Source: Blepharisma stoltei ATCC 30299 (taxonomy: Eukaryota; Protista; Ciliophora). From it: a stretch of DNA of 64,000 nucleotides. The stretch covers positions 494,786-558,785 of the forward strand of contig CBFDEM010000017.1 in the NCBI GenBank assembly GCA_965603825.1. The letters run 5' to 3'. A model generated the notes under the pieces. The model saw nothing but the letters and a program-made list of their open reading frames with translations. It had not been told where the DNA came from and made no database searches. The position numbers and the translations under genes were made by a program. How positions within the stretch are numbered: position 1 is the stretch's first letter; each line of letters begins with the position of its first letter. Of the stretch, positions 13,001 to 26,283 are shown one piece after another.

Positions 13001-14266
13001 CGATGGGATTATTGTAAAGTTCATAAAATTTCTGATTCATCAATAATCCCGATTTGGAATTTTGATCAAAAACAGCCGGTAATTGCTTATCAAAATTTAT
13101 ATGACGCTGTTACAGGCTTTATTTCTAATGTGATCTATATTTAGGGAAAAAGCCTGATTTCTTCTGTTAATGAAAACTATGAAAATAACGCAAAATTTTT
13201 ATTTATTAATGGATTAGGAAATATGTTTTGGAGTTCAGCTTTTATTATGGAAGGATTAGTGGATTGTGAAGCTGAAAGAGTCAGGGATTCTGGAAATAAT
13301 ATTAATATTCTTTTAATATGTGGATTTTTGACTTTAGGGATGCTGGTTTTTGTAATTATAGGGTATATTATTCTTGTGTCAAAAAAATATGACGAATTTT
13401 GGAATTTCATTTTAAATCATGCCCAGTGGCAAATGTTTAGGCTGAGATGTAGAGCTATAGATAGATTAGCTACCACACATGGGGTAGAAAATACTATGGA
13501 GGCAGCTGTAGATGAAAAAAGGATAGCTGGAATTACTCGAAAAATAAAAAGCACTATTTATTTACAATACACATGAAAAGTGATGCTGTTTTTTGGTATT
13601 GCAGCTTCTTATTATTTATTAATTTTCAATTACTTATACCCCAATCTTGATACTGCTATGACAAACCGCCCAGAATTACTAAATAATTTCATAGTAAGAA
13701 AAGCCCTTCTATCAAGATCAGCTGTTTTCTCTAAAGAAATTTATTATGAATATACCTATTTCCTTTCCCCAAAACTATATGGTTTCTCGAACTCGAAAAG
13801 TATTGAAAATTGAACTATAAATTTATTAAAAGACAAAAATAATGAAATTAAGGATGGAAAATATTTTGATTTAATTTCTTCAGAATTAAAGCAAAAATTG
13901 TATGAAAAAAATAACTCGACTATTGAAATTTTAAGCGAAGGGACTCAAGCGGCGATTGGTGTTATAATTGCAGATATTGAAAATTATGAAAATTTAGGAG
14001 CTTTAGACAATAACAATATTTTTGACTTTTCGAAAAAAGTTAAAGCAATCCAGGATCAAATTTGAGAGGAGTTTCATTTGGCTGATAGAGACTCAAAATA
14101 TATTATAAACAGTCAGCTTGCTACGATTATAAATACAACAATCATTTATTCTATTGCTGTATGTGCCTTGTTTTTCTTTTATTATTTTCCATATTTAAAT
14201 CTCCAAATCAAGCAATTACAGCTGTTTTCAGTTCTGCCAAGAATTTTAACCTTAGAGATTGATTAA
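10034..14266 (+). CDS. R3: PAS/TmcB-like polytopic membrane protein (~1400 aa), subfamily A; introns 12725-12739 and 13130-13144
   Basis: Single frame across seven ORFs with TGA=Trp. Introns gtaataaatatttag and gtgatctatatttag (GTG start). PAS GSIVYINEKAAQLLKASIGNIMGSSIMNYIPQPYDKMH. TAA stop. Confidence 0.92.
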
Positions 14267-15637
14267 AATTATAAAATATATATTTCCTGCTATTTTTTCT
14301 CTAATTTATTAATTAAATTAAGAAAATTTTTCGCTGACTAATGTCAAATGAGTCTGAATTCGCAAATTATTAATTTTTTTCTGCTAAATTTTAGAAAGCC
14401 TCAAAATTCGATCAAAAAATTACCCTAATCAAAAATTATTACAATAAATTAAACGCAAAAATTTTATAGAGAAATTGAGTCCATGATAAGTTTTATAGCA
14501 TTATTCACTTTATTAACTCGTTTAGGATTATGGTAAATTAATTTATTTGTATGATAATATGATTTATTTAAAAATTTAATTTCAAAATCGATATCTCAAA
14601 TAAGAAATATTGAGTGAATTAGAAAATTGTTAAAAAAATTGATTAAATAATTATTAGATGGAACAATTATTTGGATTTAATAAATAATGAAAATTGTTTA
14701 TATATATCAAATTACAGATTCAAATGCAATATAGTTAAAGATTTGTCGATCGATTTCCAGAATAAGTCACTTATGTTAAACTTTCCATATTTAATCTCCA
14801 AATAAAGTATCTCAATTTATTTTAGTCTAATAAGAATTTAGCTGACAGAAATTGCTTTAAGTCTTTAATTATAATATTCAATCAGTCATTGATAAGTTTA
14901 TGAGCTTTAACAGATATGAGTCTATTATAAATTCCCAGGCCAACCTCAATGTGGCATCTGTTTAATGAGAAACTAAAATTTTCTCCGACTCAAAAATCAT
15001 AGACAGGCTTTGTAGCTCTCTTTCATACTGAGGAAAGAAGAATGTATGTTAGATCCTTATGAGGGCCAGGGATTCTCAATCCCTGACCTTATAAGGGCAA
15101 ATTTACTAACTAATTTAAATTTTATTCTTAATTTTTGATAGTAATTCAATTATTGCAACTGTTCGTATAAAAAGTAAATCATTTTCTGTTCCCCATATAG
15201 GAATTTTTACCAAGATAATAAATTAATATCGAGATCTTTTTGCTAATAATACTTTAATTTTAAAGCCTACACAGCCGATGCTTAATTCCTGATATAGATT
15301 TATTTAGTATTTAAAATAATAGCTCTTTTAAGGTCTAAGTTGCTCAGAATATTCAAGAACTGAAACATTTATTAAAATTGATATAAAAAATTTATTCGTG
15401 CAAGTTCTATTTAAATCGTCCTTTAAATATCTCCTAGTAAACAATAAAAGATTAATAGCTAATTAATATATTTTGCAAAACATATATCAGAAAGTAGTTT
15501 TTCATTTAACACAAACATATTGACGTATTCAAAACTAATTAATTAATGTTTTACTATATCCTGCATCTTAGAAACTTTTCTAGATAGCAAAATTATCTCT
15601 AGGTGTAGCAGCCAACCCATTTTATATAAAATTAATC

Positions 15638-18600
15638 ATGTCTTTCGAGTTTCATATTGACCAGAAAGAAAGTGTCCAATATAGCGATTTCCTGACACAA
15701 TCACTATTTTCAAGCAAAATTAAAACTTATTTTTATGGGTTCTTAGGAAGTCTTTTCAAAATCAAATATCATATAAAAACCAAGCCGAGAGTCCAAATGC
15801 TTTATGAAGTCATAATAAATTCTGTCATGACTTTGCAACTAACAACCTTAGTATGATATCCAGATTTGGGTATTGAGGGGTGGGCATCATATAAGATATT
15901 TTGAAAATGATTAGGAATTGTAAGCTATGATCAAGTTTGTGCTTCTTGAAACATAATGGGTTTTTGCTTTTATGGAACTTTAGTTTTATTAGCAATTTGC
16001 ATAGGCTCATTTTGGATTTTTGGGACTTATATATATTTTAAAAAAGAACCCCCAGTGTTTTTAGCAGGCTTTCCACAAAAAATCGCATTTTTTTTAACAT
16101 CAGTCTGTCTTATTCCAAGTACAATGATTTCGCTTATGGTATTAAGATATTCTTTTATACCAAAAGAAGGCGTTGAAGAATATGATGGATTTTCATCAGG
16201 AGGAACTATAAATTTTGGAATTCCTGGAGCAATTTTTTCAATTATCTGTATAATCTCATTAGTGGTTATCAGTGTTTTTTCTGAGCTATTTACTTGTGAT
16301 ATTAAACATTCCCATAGCAACACAAATCTTAAAGCAAGATCTTCAGCTGCTTTGGATTTTCAAAGAAGATGATTTTATGTGTTTATGTGCTTTGCCTACA
16401 CAATTTTTAGTGATTCAAATATCATAATTCATCATATTATTTCAGCAATGTATTCCATTTACTTATTCATAAAAAGCATAGTTGTCTTACAATATTATAA
16501 TGTATTTGAAAACTCTATTCAAGCATGTGAGCAGGCTTCAATTTCAATGACTCTTTTGATTTTTATTTTTGGGCAGATAATGGATAACGCTATGATAACA
16601 GTGTTCTTCACCCTCTTTCTGCAGCCTCTAGTATTATTCTTTACATTTACAATTACAAAGAAAAATTACCAAAATTTGCCCGAAATTGGAACAACAAATA
16701 TAAGAAATCAGTTCGATTTTGAGCGAAAATTCAGGCATTTGCTAATTGATAATAGTCAAGAGAATAAAGAAAAAGTTTTAAATTTATTCAAAGAATATTG
16801 AAATTTAAGCTTAGTCCTTAAAGACAAAATATTTATTATATGAGAGTTTTATTATTGCCTTTATTTAAAAGACGAAAGATTAGCAAGAATAAAATTATCA
16901 AAAATCTCAAGCGTAAATTCCTCAATTGAAGGAGATATCCAAGTATGAAGAATTTTTAAATGGTTGGCAAAAAGTAAATATAAGCCATTTCCAGATGTAA
17001 ATTATTTACAATATTTAAAAGAGCTCGGCAGTGTTAAAAAGTTTGACGAAGAATTATGCCTCGTTCTTGTTGAATTGCAAGCAGAATTTTCATTAAGATC
17101 ACCACGAATAGACAAGCTTATTAAATTAGTTAATAAAACTTCAACTAGTATCAAAGAAACATCAGAGCGCTATAAATCACTAATAGAAAAACACAAAAAT
17201 TTTGAAAGCTATGACCTATATGCAAGCTTTTTAGACAATATAACAGGAAACCATGAAGAAGCCAATTTAATTAATAGGAAAAAAAACAATATAAGCCACT
17301 CTCAAAAATATGACGACAATCGGCTAGAAAAGTACGGAAAAGGGGTTGGGGTTATTCTTGTCTCTTGCGCAGCAGAGTCTTTTGGGTCTATTGTATACCT
17401 TAATGAAAAAGCTGCAACTACTTTGAAAACTTCGATATCAACGATCCATGGGTCTTCTATCATGACTTTTATTCCTCCTCCTTATGATATTTCTCATGAA
17501 AAATTGATGAAGAAGTTTATTTTTGACTGCATATCAACCCAGGTCTCATGCCATCAAGATTTGGTGTTCCAGTGCACTGATGGATTTTTATTAGAATGTG
17601 ATACATTAATCAAATTATCAGCATTTCATAATTCAGCTTATTTTTTGATTTCATTTAAGCCGAAAAAGACATCAAGGCACATTGCTTTGGTATCAGATGA
17701 AGGATTTATAATTTCTCATTCAATTTCGTTTCCTTACTATTTTTCTAATGAAAAAAGCTTAAGAAATCGGCTAATTTTAGAAATCATCCCAGATTTTCCT
17801 AATTTAAAACAAGATATTCCTTCGGTTTTTAGCTATAATGGAAAAGAAATTGGTCTAGTGAGCATAAAACGAGAAATTAAATTAAAAACGCTGAATTATT
17901 TATTAGTAATTCATGACTCTGATGAGTTAGTTAAGTGAAAATTAACAGGAGATAAAGAAATTCAAGAAATTGACCATACTAGTAAAATTCCTGATGAAAT
18001 GGATTTGTCAATATCAAAAGAGTTCAAAAAAAGTGATAAAGAGCTAAAACTACCTGAAATGGCAATTTCAAGAAGAATGGTAAAATTGAGTTCAATTTTA
18101 CCTCATAAGCTTGATAGCGTAAATGTTATAGATAATGAAGAAATTAAAGAAGAAGGAAAAGCGGTAAGCAATGAATCCTCAAAGCATTCCTCAACAACTT
18201 CAAGCTCTATAAACTCCAGATTTTCAAAAAAATTGCTTTTAGAATCAAAAAGCAAAATCAGAGTTTTGCAATGGGTTTTATTTTTTGGGGTAAATATTAT
18301 TTAGATGGCTTCAACGCTCGCTTGTGTTATAGGGATTTTAGCTTATATGGCAAGCGATATAACCCACACAACAGCTATGAGTGCTTTCAGTCGCCAAGGA
18401 AACATTTTATTTGATTTAGGATATCTATCAGATTTAAGCAGAACACTTGATAGAGGAAAATTACTGAACGCAGGAGCATCTACATTGAACGTTTATTATA
18501 ACTATGTTGGAAATCTTACAGCCACAATAGAAAATCTTCAAAACTACTTATTGGATGATTTTCGACAGTGGAGCTATTGTCCATATTCAATAATAATTAG

Positions 18601-19831
18601 TGAACCAATTATGCCTCAATGGAACTTTGATAAGGCTTCTCCAGAAATTCTATATAAAAATTTTTATGATACAATTTCAGATTTTATTTATGCAGTATTT
18701 TTTATATAGGCAACAAACTTAGTTGACGATATGCAAAAAAACAGAACCTATTCAAACCATATTAAATTTATTGCAGCGAATGGGCTTGGCTTCACTTTTG
18801 ATTACGTAAATAGGACAATGAATGAAATTGTAAACTGTGAAGTAAATAGAGTAAAAAGCACAGGACTAAAAATAAGTGCATTATTAATTTTTGGATTCGG
18901 CACGCTTGGAGTTCTAATGCTAATTATAAGTGGATATATTATGCTGGTATCAAGGCAGCATGATCAATTCTGAAATTTTGTGCTTGAAAAAGCTCAGTTT
19001 TCTTTGGTTCAATTAAAAGTATCATCCATTGATAGGCTTTTTATTGTGCATGGGATTGATTTTCAATCAGAGACGATATCCCAACCAAAAAACTCCAAAA
19101 GAAAAATTTATTCAAAATTACATAAAAAATACATATGAAGGCTTTCTTTATTTTTTATCATTGTTGCATCTTATTATTTATTGATTTATTGCTATTTATA
19201 CCCAAGTTGTGAAAAAAATATGATAAATCGACCACAGCTGCTAAATAATTTCAATATTAGAAGGTCTTTGCTATCAAGAATGACTGTATGGGCGAGAGAA
19301 ATATCCACTCCTTATTTAACCAATCTTTTGCGCAAACATTATCCATTCGAGAATCCTTCACATTTACTGGACTTTACCTTAGAGGAATTAAATTTAAAAA
19401 CTGAAGAATTAAAAAACGAAGATTTTTTAATTTTAATGTCTGATGATTTAAAGGAAAAAATGTTTGAAAAAGGAAATAGCACTCTGCTAAATCAGCTTTT
19501 TTATGGAACAGATGCTTCAGTTACTTCTATAAAAGACCTAATTTACTATATAAAATATTGAGGATCCACACAATCAGGCCAGCTTGTCCCAACTTTGAAT
19601 AAAGTCGCAGTAGTTGAAAATGTGATTGGTGAAGAATTTTTAGTAGCTGACAAAGACTCCAAGGACGTGATAAATGGGCAATTAAGTGTAATTATTTATA
19701 CCACGGTTATTTACTCGTTCGCTGTGATTTTTTTGTATTTTATTTATTATCTTCCTTATTCGAGGAATCAAATAAAGCAGATGGATATGTTTGAGATTTT
19801 GCCAACAATTTTGACTATGGAGTCTGGGTAG
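15638..19831 (+). CDS. R4: PAS/TmcB-like polytopic membrane protein (~1387 aa), subfamily B; introns 18290-18304 and 18695-18709
   Basis: Single frame with TGA=Trp. Introns gtaaatattatttag and gtattttttatatag. PAS IPPPYDISH. TAG stop. Confidence 0.92.
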
Positions 19832-20827
19832 TTTGAATTAAAAGCAGGAAAGCAATTTATTATTAACTTTTAAAATAATGATCTTTAATAAATAGACTTT
19901 TTAACATAAATAATTAGCATAAGAATAAGCTAATTTTCATCAGAAATTGTATTTGTGGCTTTCCAAATAATGAGCTATTAAATTTGATGATTAGTCTATA
20001 GATCATAATGCTAAAAAATGCCATTTATTTCATCTGATTAGAAGTATATGAGACAAAAATTTTAACTTGATAATGTATAAGAATCAAAAATTCTGACAAA
20101 TGCAACTCTTAGAGGTGAACAGAGCATTTGAAAATCCTATTTCAACGAAAATCTCATTTTGAGTAAGAAATTAGCTGTCTAGTATAAATATTCATACTAA
20201 GTATATTTTTTATAAATGAGCATGCTCTATTACTTGATTATTAATATAAAATTATCTTTTATCTGTTCGCTATTCCATATTTAATATAAGAAATTAGAAA
20301 TTTAATCTTTTTTTCAATGATTGGCTATATTTTATTAATTTTACGTCGTATTAGCATTTCTAATTATTTAACTTAAAAATTGGAGATATATTTTCTACAA
20401 TTATTCATATACTAAATTTTTAAGCTATATAAGACTCTAAAGGGCTGTTATTAAATTTAAATAAAGAGAAAATAATAAAATTATCAAAATTATATATTTA
20501 AAATTTAAATAGCCTAGATCAATTATATGGTTTTCTTTACTATAATATAAATTTTTAGCAAGAATTTAAATAATATTCAGAACTTTCCCTCTCAATCTGT
20601 ATGAATCAAATAGGCAGAAAACTATTGTTTGCTTTTCCAAATTATATATCCTAAAAAGCAATCTAAAACCCTCATATTTATATCATGAATTAATAATTTT
20701 ACATTGAATGCTTAAACAATATCATAAACTTTTTCTCCGCTTAATGGTGATCATCTTTAATAAAAGATTACAAATTACTTCCTGCTGAATATTTATGTAG
20801 TTTCAGAATTTTTATTAAAAAATAATA

Positions 20828-23800
20828 ATGTCTTCAGATTTTCGAATTGATGACAAAGAAAGCCTTTACTACAGCGATTTTTTATCACAGTCGTTCTTCT
20901 CAAACAAGGTAAAAACTTATTTTTATGGATTTTTTGGGAATCTGTTTAAAATCAAATATCACAAAAAAACCAAGCAAAAAGTGCAAATGCTCAATGAAAT
21001 TTTAATAAATACTATTATGACTTTACAATTAACAAGCTTAGCATGGTATCCTAATTTAGATGCCGAAATGTGGGATTCTTGTAAAATTTTTTGAAGTCGA
21101 TTAGGAATTGTGAGCTATGATGAGGTTTGTGCTGCTTGAAATATTATGGGATTTTGCTTTTATGGAACTGTCGCTTTATTAGCGATCTGTTTAGGATCAT
21201 TTTGGGTATTTGGAACTTATATTTATTTGAAAAAAGAGCCTCCAACGTTTTTGGCAAGTTTTCCTCAAAAAATTGCATTTTTTCTTACTTCAGTTTGTCT
21301 TATCCCAAGTACAATGATTTCGCTTATGGTCTTTAAATATTCGCTTTGGCCTAAAGAAACAGTCAAAGAATATGACGGAATTTCATCTGGAGAGACCATA
21401 AATTTCGGGATGCCTGGGGTCGTTTTTTCAATTATGAGTATAGGTCTACTAGTGCTTGTAAGCGTTTTTTCAGAGCTTTTTACCTGTGACATTAAGCATT
21501 CTCATAGCCAAAAAAATCTAAAGGCAAGATCTTCGGCTTCTTTAGACTTTCACAGGAGGTGATTTTATATTTTTATGTGTTCTGCTTATATGGGTTTTGG
21601 TGACACAAATGTAATAATCCATCAAATTATTTCTGCTGCATGATCTATATACTTATTGATAAAAAGCTTTATAGTTTTACAGTATTATAATGTATTCGAA
21701 AACTCAGTTCAAGCATGTGAGCAAGCTTCGATTTCGGTTACACTTCTGATTTTTATTTTTGGACAGATAATGGATAACGCAGTAATTATTGTTATTCTCA
21801 GTATCTTCCTACAGCCTATAGTATTTATTTTTACTATTTTATTGGTCAAAAAATATTACTGCAATTTGCCGAACCGAACAAGCAGAATAAATAATCAATT
21901 TGATTTTGAAAGAAAATTTCGAAATTTTTTAATTGATGAAAATAAGGAAAATAAAGATAAAGTTCTAAATTTATTTAAGGAATATTGGAATTCAAGCTTT
22001 TTTTATAAAGAAAAGCTATTTGTTATGTGGGAGTTTAATTATTGTTTATATTTAAAAGATGAGAGATTAGCAAGAATAAAATTATCGAAAATTTCGGCAG
22101 TAAAATCATCATTCGAAGGAGATATCCAAAAATGAAGAATTTTTACATGGCTAGAAAATAAAAAGCGCAAGCCATTTCCTGACATAAATTATTTACAATA
22201 TTTGAAAGAACTAAGCAGGGTTAAAAAAATTGATGAAGAACTATGTCTTATCTTAATAGAATTACATAATGAATTTTTAGCAAGATCACCAAGAATAGAC
22301 AAACTTATTAAATTGGTAATTCGCACATCAATAACTGCAAAGCAAACTGCAGAAAGTTATAAATCATTAACAGAAAAACACAAAAATTTCGAAAGCTATG
22401 ACCTATATGCAAGTTTTTTAGACAACATAGCAGGAAATCATGACGAGGCAAATTTAATCAATAGAAAGAAAAACAACATAAGCCACTATTACAATCAAAA
22501 AAATGATGAGCGACTAGAAAAATATGGTAAAGGCGTCGGAGTAATCTTAATTTCTTGTGCAAATAATAATTTTGGATCTATTGTTTACCTCAATGAAAAA
22601 GCTGCTACCAATCTAAAATCTTCAGTATCAAATATTTATGGCGCCTCTATCTTGAATTTTATTCCTGCTCCTTATGATATTTCTCATGAAAAAATAATGA
22701 AAAAGTTTATTTATGACTGCACATCAACTCATATATGTTCTCATCAAGACCTAATGTTCCAATGCACTGATGGATTTTTTCTTGAATGTGATACGCTAAT
22801 CAAATTAACAGCATTTCATAACTCAGCCTATTATTTGCTATCATTTAAGCCAAAAAAGACATCAAGAGATATTGCTTTGATTTCGGATGAGGGATTTATC
22901 ATCTCTCATTCAATTTCTTTTCCATACTGTTTTTCTAATGAAAAATGTTTAAATAATTGGTCGATTTCGAAAATTTTCCCAAATTTTGGAAACTTGAAGA
23001 AAGATGTTCCTTGAATTTTAACTCACAATGGAAAAGAAATTGGGATTGTAAATGTAAAAAAAGAAATTAAATCAAAAACAATGAATTTATTAGTAATCAT
23101 ACATGATGCTGAAGAGCTAGCCAAATGAAAATTAAATGAAAACGAAGAATTTAACTCAGAAACAATTGATGACAGGCTAAACCTTGAAGAAAATGATATT
23201 TCGATATTTAAAGAGATTAAGCAAAGTAACGAAAAAAAGCTTCAGGATTTTCCGGATCAATTATTTGAAAGAAAAATGGTAAGATTAAGAACAATTCTGC
23301 CCCAAAAACTTGGCAGCACCAATGCTATTGGAATAGATGAAAGCAAAAAATTTGAAATGGCCCCAAGCGATGAGCCCTCAAGGCGCTCTTCAATAATTGC
23401 AAATCAATTACACACAAAATTTTCAAAATTATTGCTTGTCGAGTCCAAACAAAAAATAAGAATTTTACAATTGGTGTTATTTATAGCGGTACAAAATATT
23501 TAGATGTCCTCAACTCTAGCCTGCGTTATAGGGATTTTAGCTTATATGATAACTGACATATCACATACAACAGCTATGAGCTCTTTTAATCGTCAAGGAA
23601 AACTCCTATTCAATTTAGTATATATGGCAGATTTAGCTAGAACATTGGATAAAGGGAAATTGCTAGGCTCTCCAAAATATTTGGAGGACCATTATGGTTA
23701 TCTTTTAGGTAATCTTTCACTTGAACTAGAAAATCTTCAAGGATACTTACTAGACGATTTTCGACAGTGAGATTATTGCCCATATGCAAAAGTAATCAGT

Positions 23801-25030
23801 AAGCCAATTATACCTCAATGAAACTTTGATGGGGCATATCCTGAAATTATTTTTGAAAATTTTTATGATACGGTGACAGATTTCATATATTCTGTATTTT
23901 TTATTTAGGGGACAAATTTAATTGATGACATAAGAAATAACAGAAGTTACTCAAATCATGTAAAATTTATAATGGCTAATGGTCTGGGTTATACTTTTAA
24001 TTATGTAAATAGGACAATGAGTGAGATTGTAAATTGCGAAGTGGACAGAGTAAAAGAAACAGGAGAAAAAATAGGAGCTTTATTAATGTTTGGATTTTGC
24101 ACTGTTGGAGTTTTGGTATTTATCGTTGGAGGATTCATTTTTTTAGTATCAAAAAAACACGATGAATTTTGAAATTTTGTGCTTGAAAAAGCTCAGTCTT
24201 CATTAGTTCAACTAAAAGCATCTTCCATAGATCGGCTTTTAATGGTGCATGGGCTGGATTTTCAATCAGAAACAAATGCTCAACTTAAAAACTCTCGAAA
24301 AAAAATTCAGTCAAATTTGTATAAAAGCTACATATGAAGGGTTGCAATATTTTTTACAATTGTTGCTTCGTATTATCTATTGATTTATTTCTATTTATAT
24401 CCAAGTTGTGAAAAAAATATGATAAATCGGCCAAAATTCCTAAGCAATTTCAATATTAGAAGATCTTTACTTTCAAGACTTACAGTATGGGCAAGAGAGA
24501 TAAATGTGCCTTATCTAATTAAACTTTTGCCTTATCCCTACCTTTTCCCCAATCCTTCTAGTTTATTGCTATCAACCTTGGACGAATTAAATAAAAAATC
24601 TAAAGAAATTGTGGAGTCTGATTTTGTAGCTCTCATGTCTGAAGAATTAAGAGAGAGAGTATTTGAAAAAGGAAATTCAACGATCAATAGGCTTTACTCT
24701 GGAACTCAGCCTGCAGTGACTATTATTAAAGATGATATTTATAATATTTTATCTTGAAATATTCAATATTATTTAGCTGAAATCGTTTCTCTTTTAAACA
24801 AAGTAGCAGAGATTGAAAATGAAATTGGAAATGAGTTTGAATTAGCTGATAGAGACTCAAAAAATATTATAAATTGGCAACTTAATGCTATAATTCTTAC
24901 TACAGCTATTTATTCATTTGCCGTTGTTTTACTTTATTTCTTTTATTATTTGCCATATTTAAAGAAGCAAATAAAGCAGTTGGAGATGTATGAAATTTTA
25001 CCAACGATTTTAACAATGGAGTCTTCTTAA
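20828..25030 (+). CDS. R5: PAS/TmcB-like polytopic membrane protein (~1390 aa), subfamily B; introns 23489-23503 and 23894-23908
   Basis: Single frame. Reads through TGA at 24755-24757 to ...ILPTILTMESS-TAA. Introns gtacaaaatatttag and gtattttttatttag. PAS IPAPYDISH. Confidence 0.92.
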
Positions 25031-25159
25031 TTTTTGAACAGAAAAACTTATTAATGCATGTTTATATAAATCCTTACAATTAAGATTTCATTTTAAAATA
25101 AATTTTGTAAATATTAATTATTCGAACTGAAAGTTTTATTTTAAAAAATGAATAGATTG

Positions 25160-25490
25160 TCATAAACTTTCAAATGAGAGAATTTATATTTTTTGTATTC
25201 TGCTTATATGGATCTTGGCGACACAAATATCATAATCCATCAAATTATTTCTATTACATTATAATTTTATTTCTTGATAAATAATGATTAGTGTGAATAG
25301 CTGCAGTAATTATCTTTATCCTCAGCGTCTTCTCAAAGCCTATAGCATTTAAATTTTCGATTTTATTAGTAAAGAAATATTTAGCAGCTTGCCTACTCGA
25401 GCGAACATAATATATAATAAATTTGATATTAAAGGAAAATTAAGAATTGTTCAATTGATGAAATTAGAAGTTTTTTACTTTATTTAAGAA
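25160..25490 (+). pseudogene. Short decayed fragment of an R5-like gene (TM region)
   Basis: ttctgcttatatggatcttggcgacacaaatatcataatccatcaaattatttct closely matches R5 ~21580-21635. gcagtaattatctttatcctcagcgtcttc matches R5 ~21779-21810. Frame is broken. Confidence 0.7.
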
Positions 25491-26283
25491 TCTATCCTAT
25501 TTCTTGCTTTATAGCCAACTATCATCAAATTAGCCATCATTGAATACTTTAAAATTAATTAAAAAGGCTTGGATAATCTAGAATAGATTAAGCTCGGTCT
25601 TTATTTCTCATAGGCAATCCAATAATTTTTATCATGAGTTCTCATGTGTTTAAAAAAATACAAATATCAGTCATCTTTAATCTCAAACTTATTTATTCTT
25701 AGAAATTTCACTCTGAGCTCATCATATGAAAAATTATCAATAGCATGGTTATTAATTTCATACTTTCCATCTAGTTCTATTAAATAATCATCTTCAGATA
25801 TTATTTGAACTTTCATCAAATTCTCTTAGACTTTTTAATTCATAAAGTGCTAAGTAAAATGCTATTTAAATAGTTGAGTCTCTGAATCTAATGATTTTAC
25901 GAAGAGTTCTCAAATAAATATTAATTATTTAAATGGCTTTGCTTGCCAGCAGAGAAAGTAGGCTAACCCAATATTAAGCAAAGAGCCCAGTGCCCTATAA
26001 CTTAAATGCAAAAATATAATAGTGCTAAAAATACTTCTCTTTGTAATAAAAGATTTGATCTCTCTTATCGATTTTATAATAGCTTTAAAATTCTTTTTTT
26101 GCAAATCTAAAATATTTATAATGTTTTTTTATTAAAAGTCTAAAGATGAATTAAGTTTTCATGGGCTTTTGTTATGCACATAAAATTGAAGCAATATGTA
26201 ATTTAAGCTTGATTTTTTTTTAAATTGACAAAAATACTTAAATCTTAATTTAGTCAGAAAAGCTTATGCCATTTTCATAATTA

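Noticed and set aside
16027-16323. Recurrent antisense ORFs (also 21265-21492, 26679-26972, 35319-35597, 42268-42552)
   Set aside because: These are shadows of conserved sense-strand coding in paralogs, with no independent coding signal.
25540-25860. Possible degenerate coding remnant on the minus strand
   Set aside because: It has some E/D/K-like codon runs but no sustained frame or recognisable motif.
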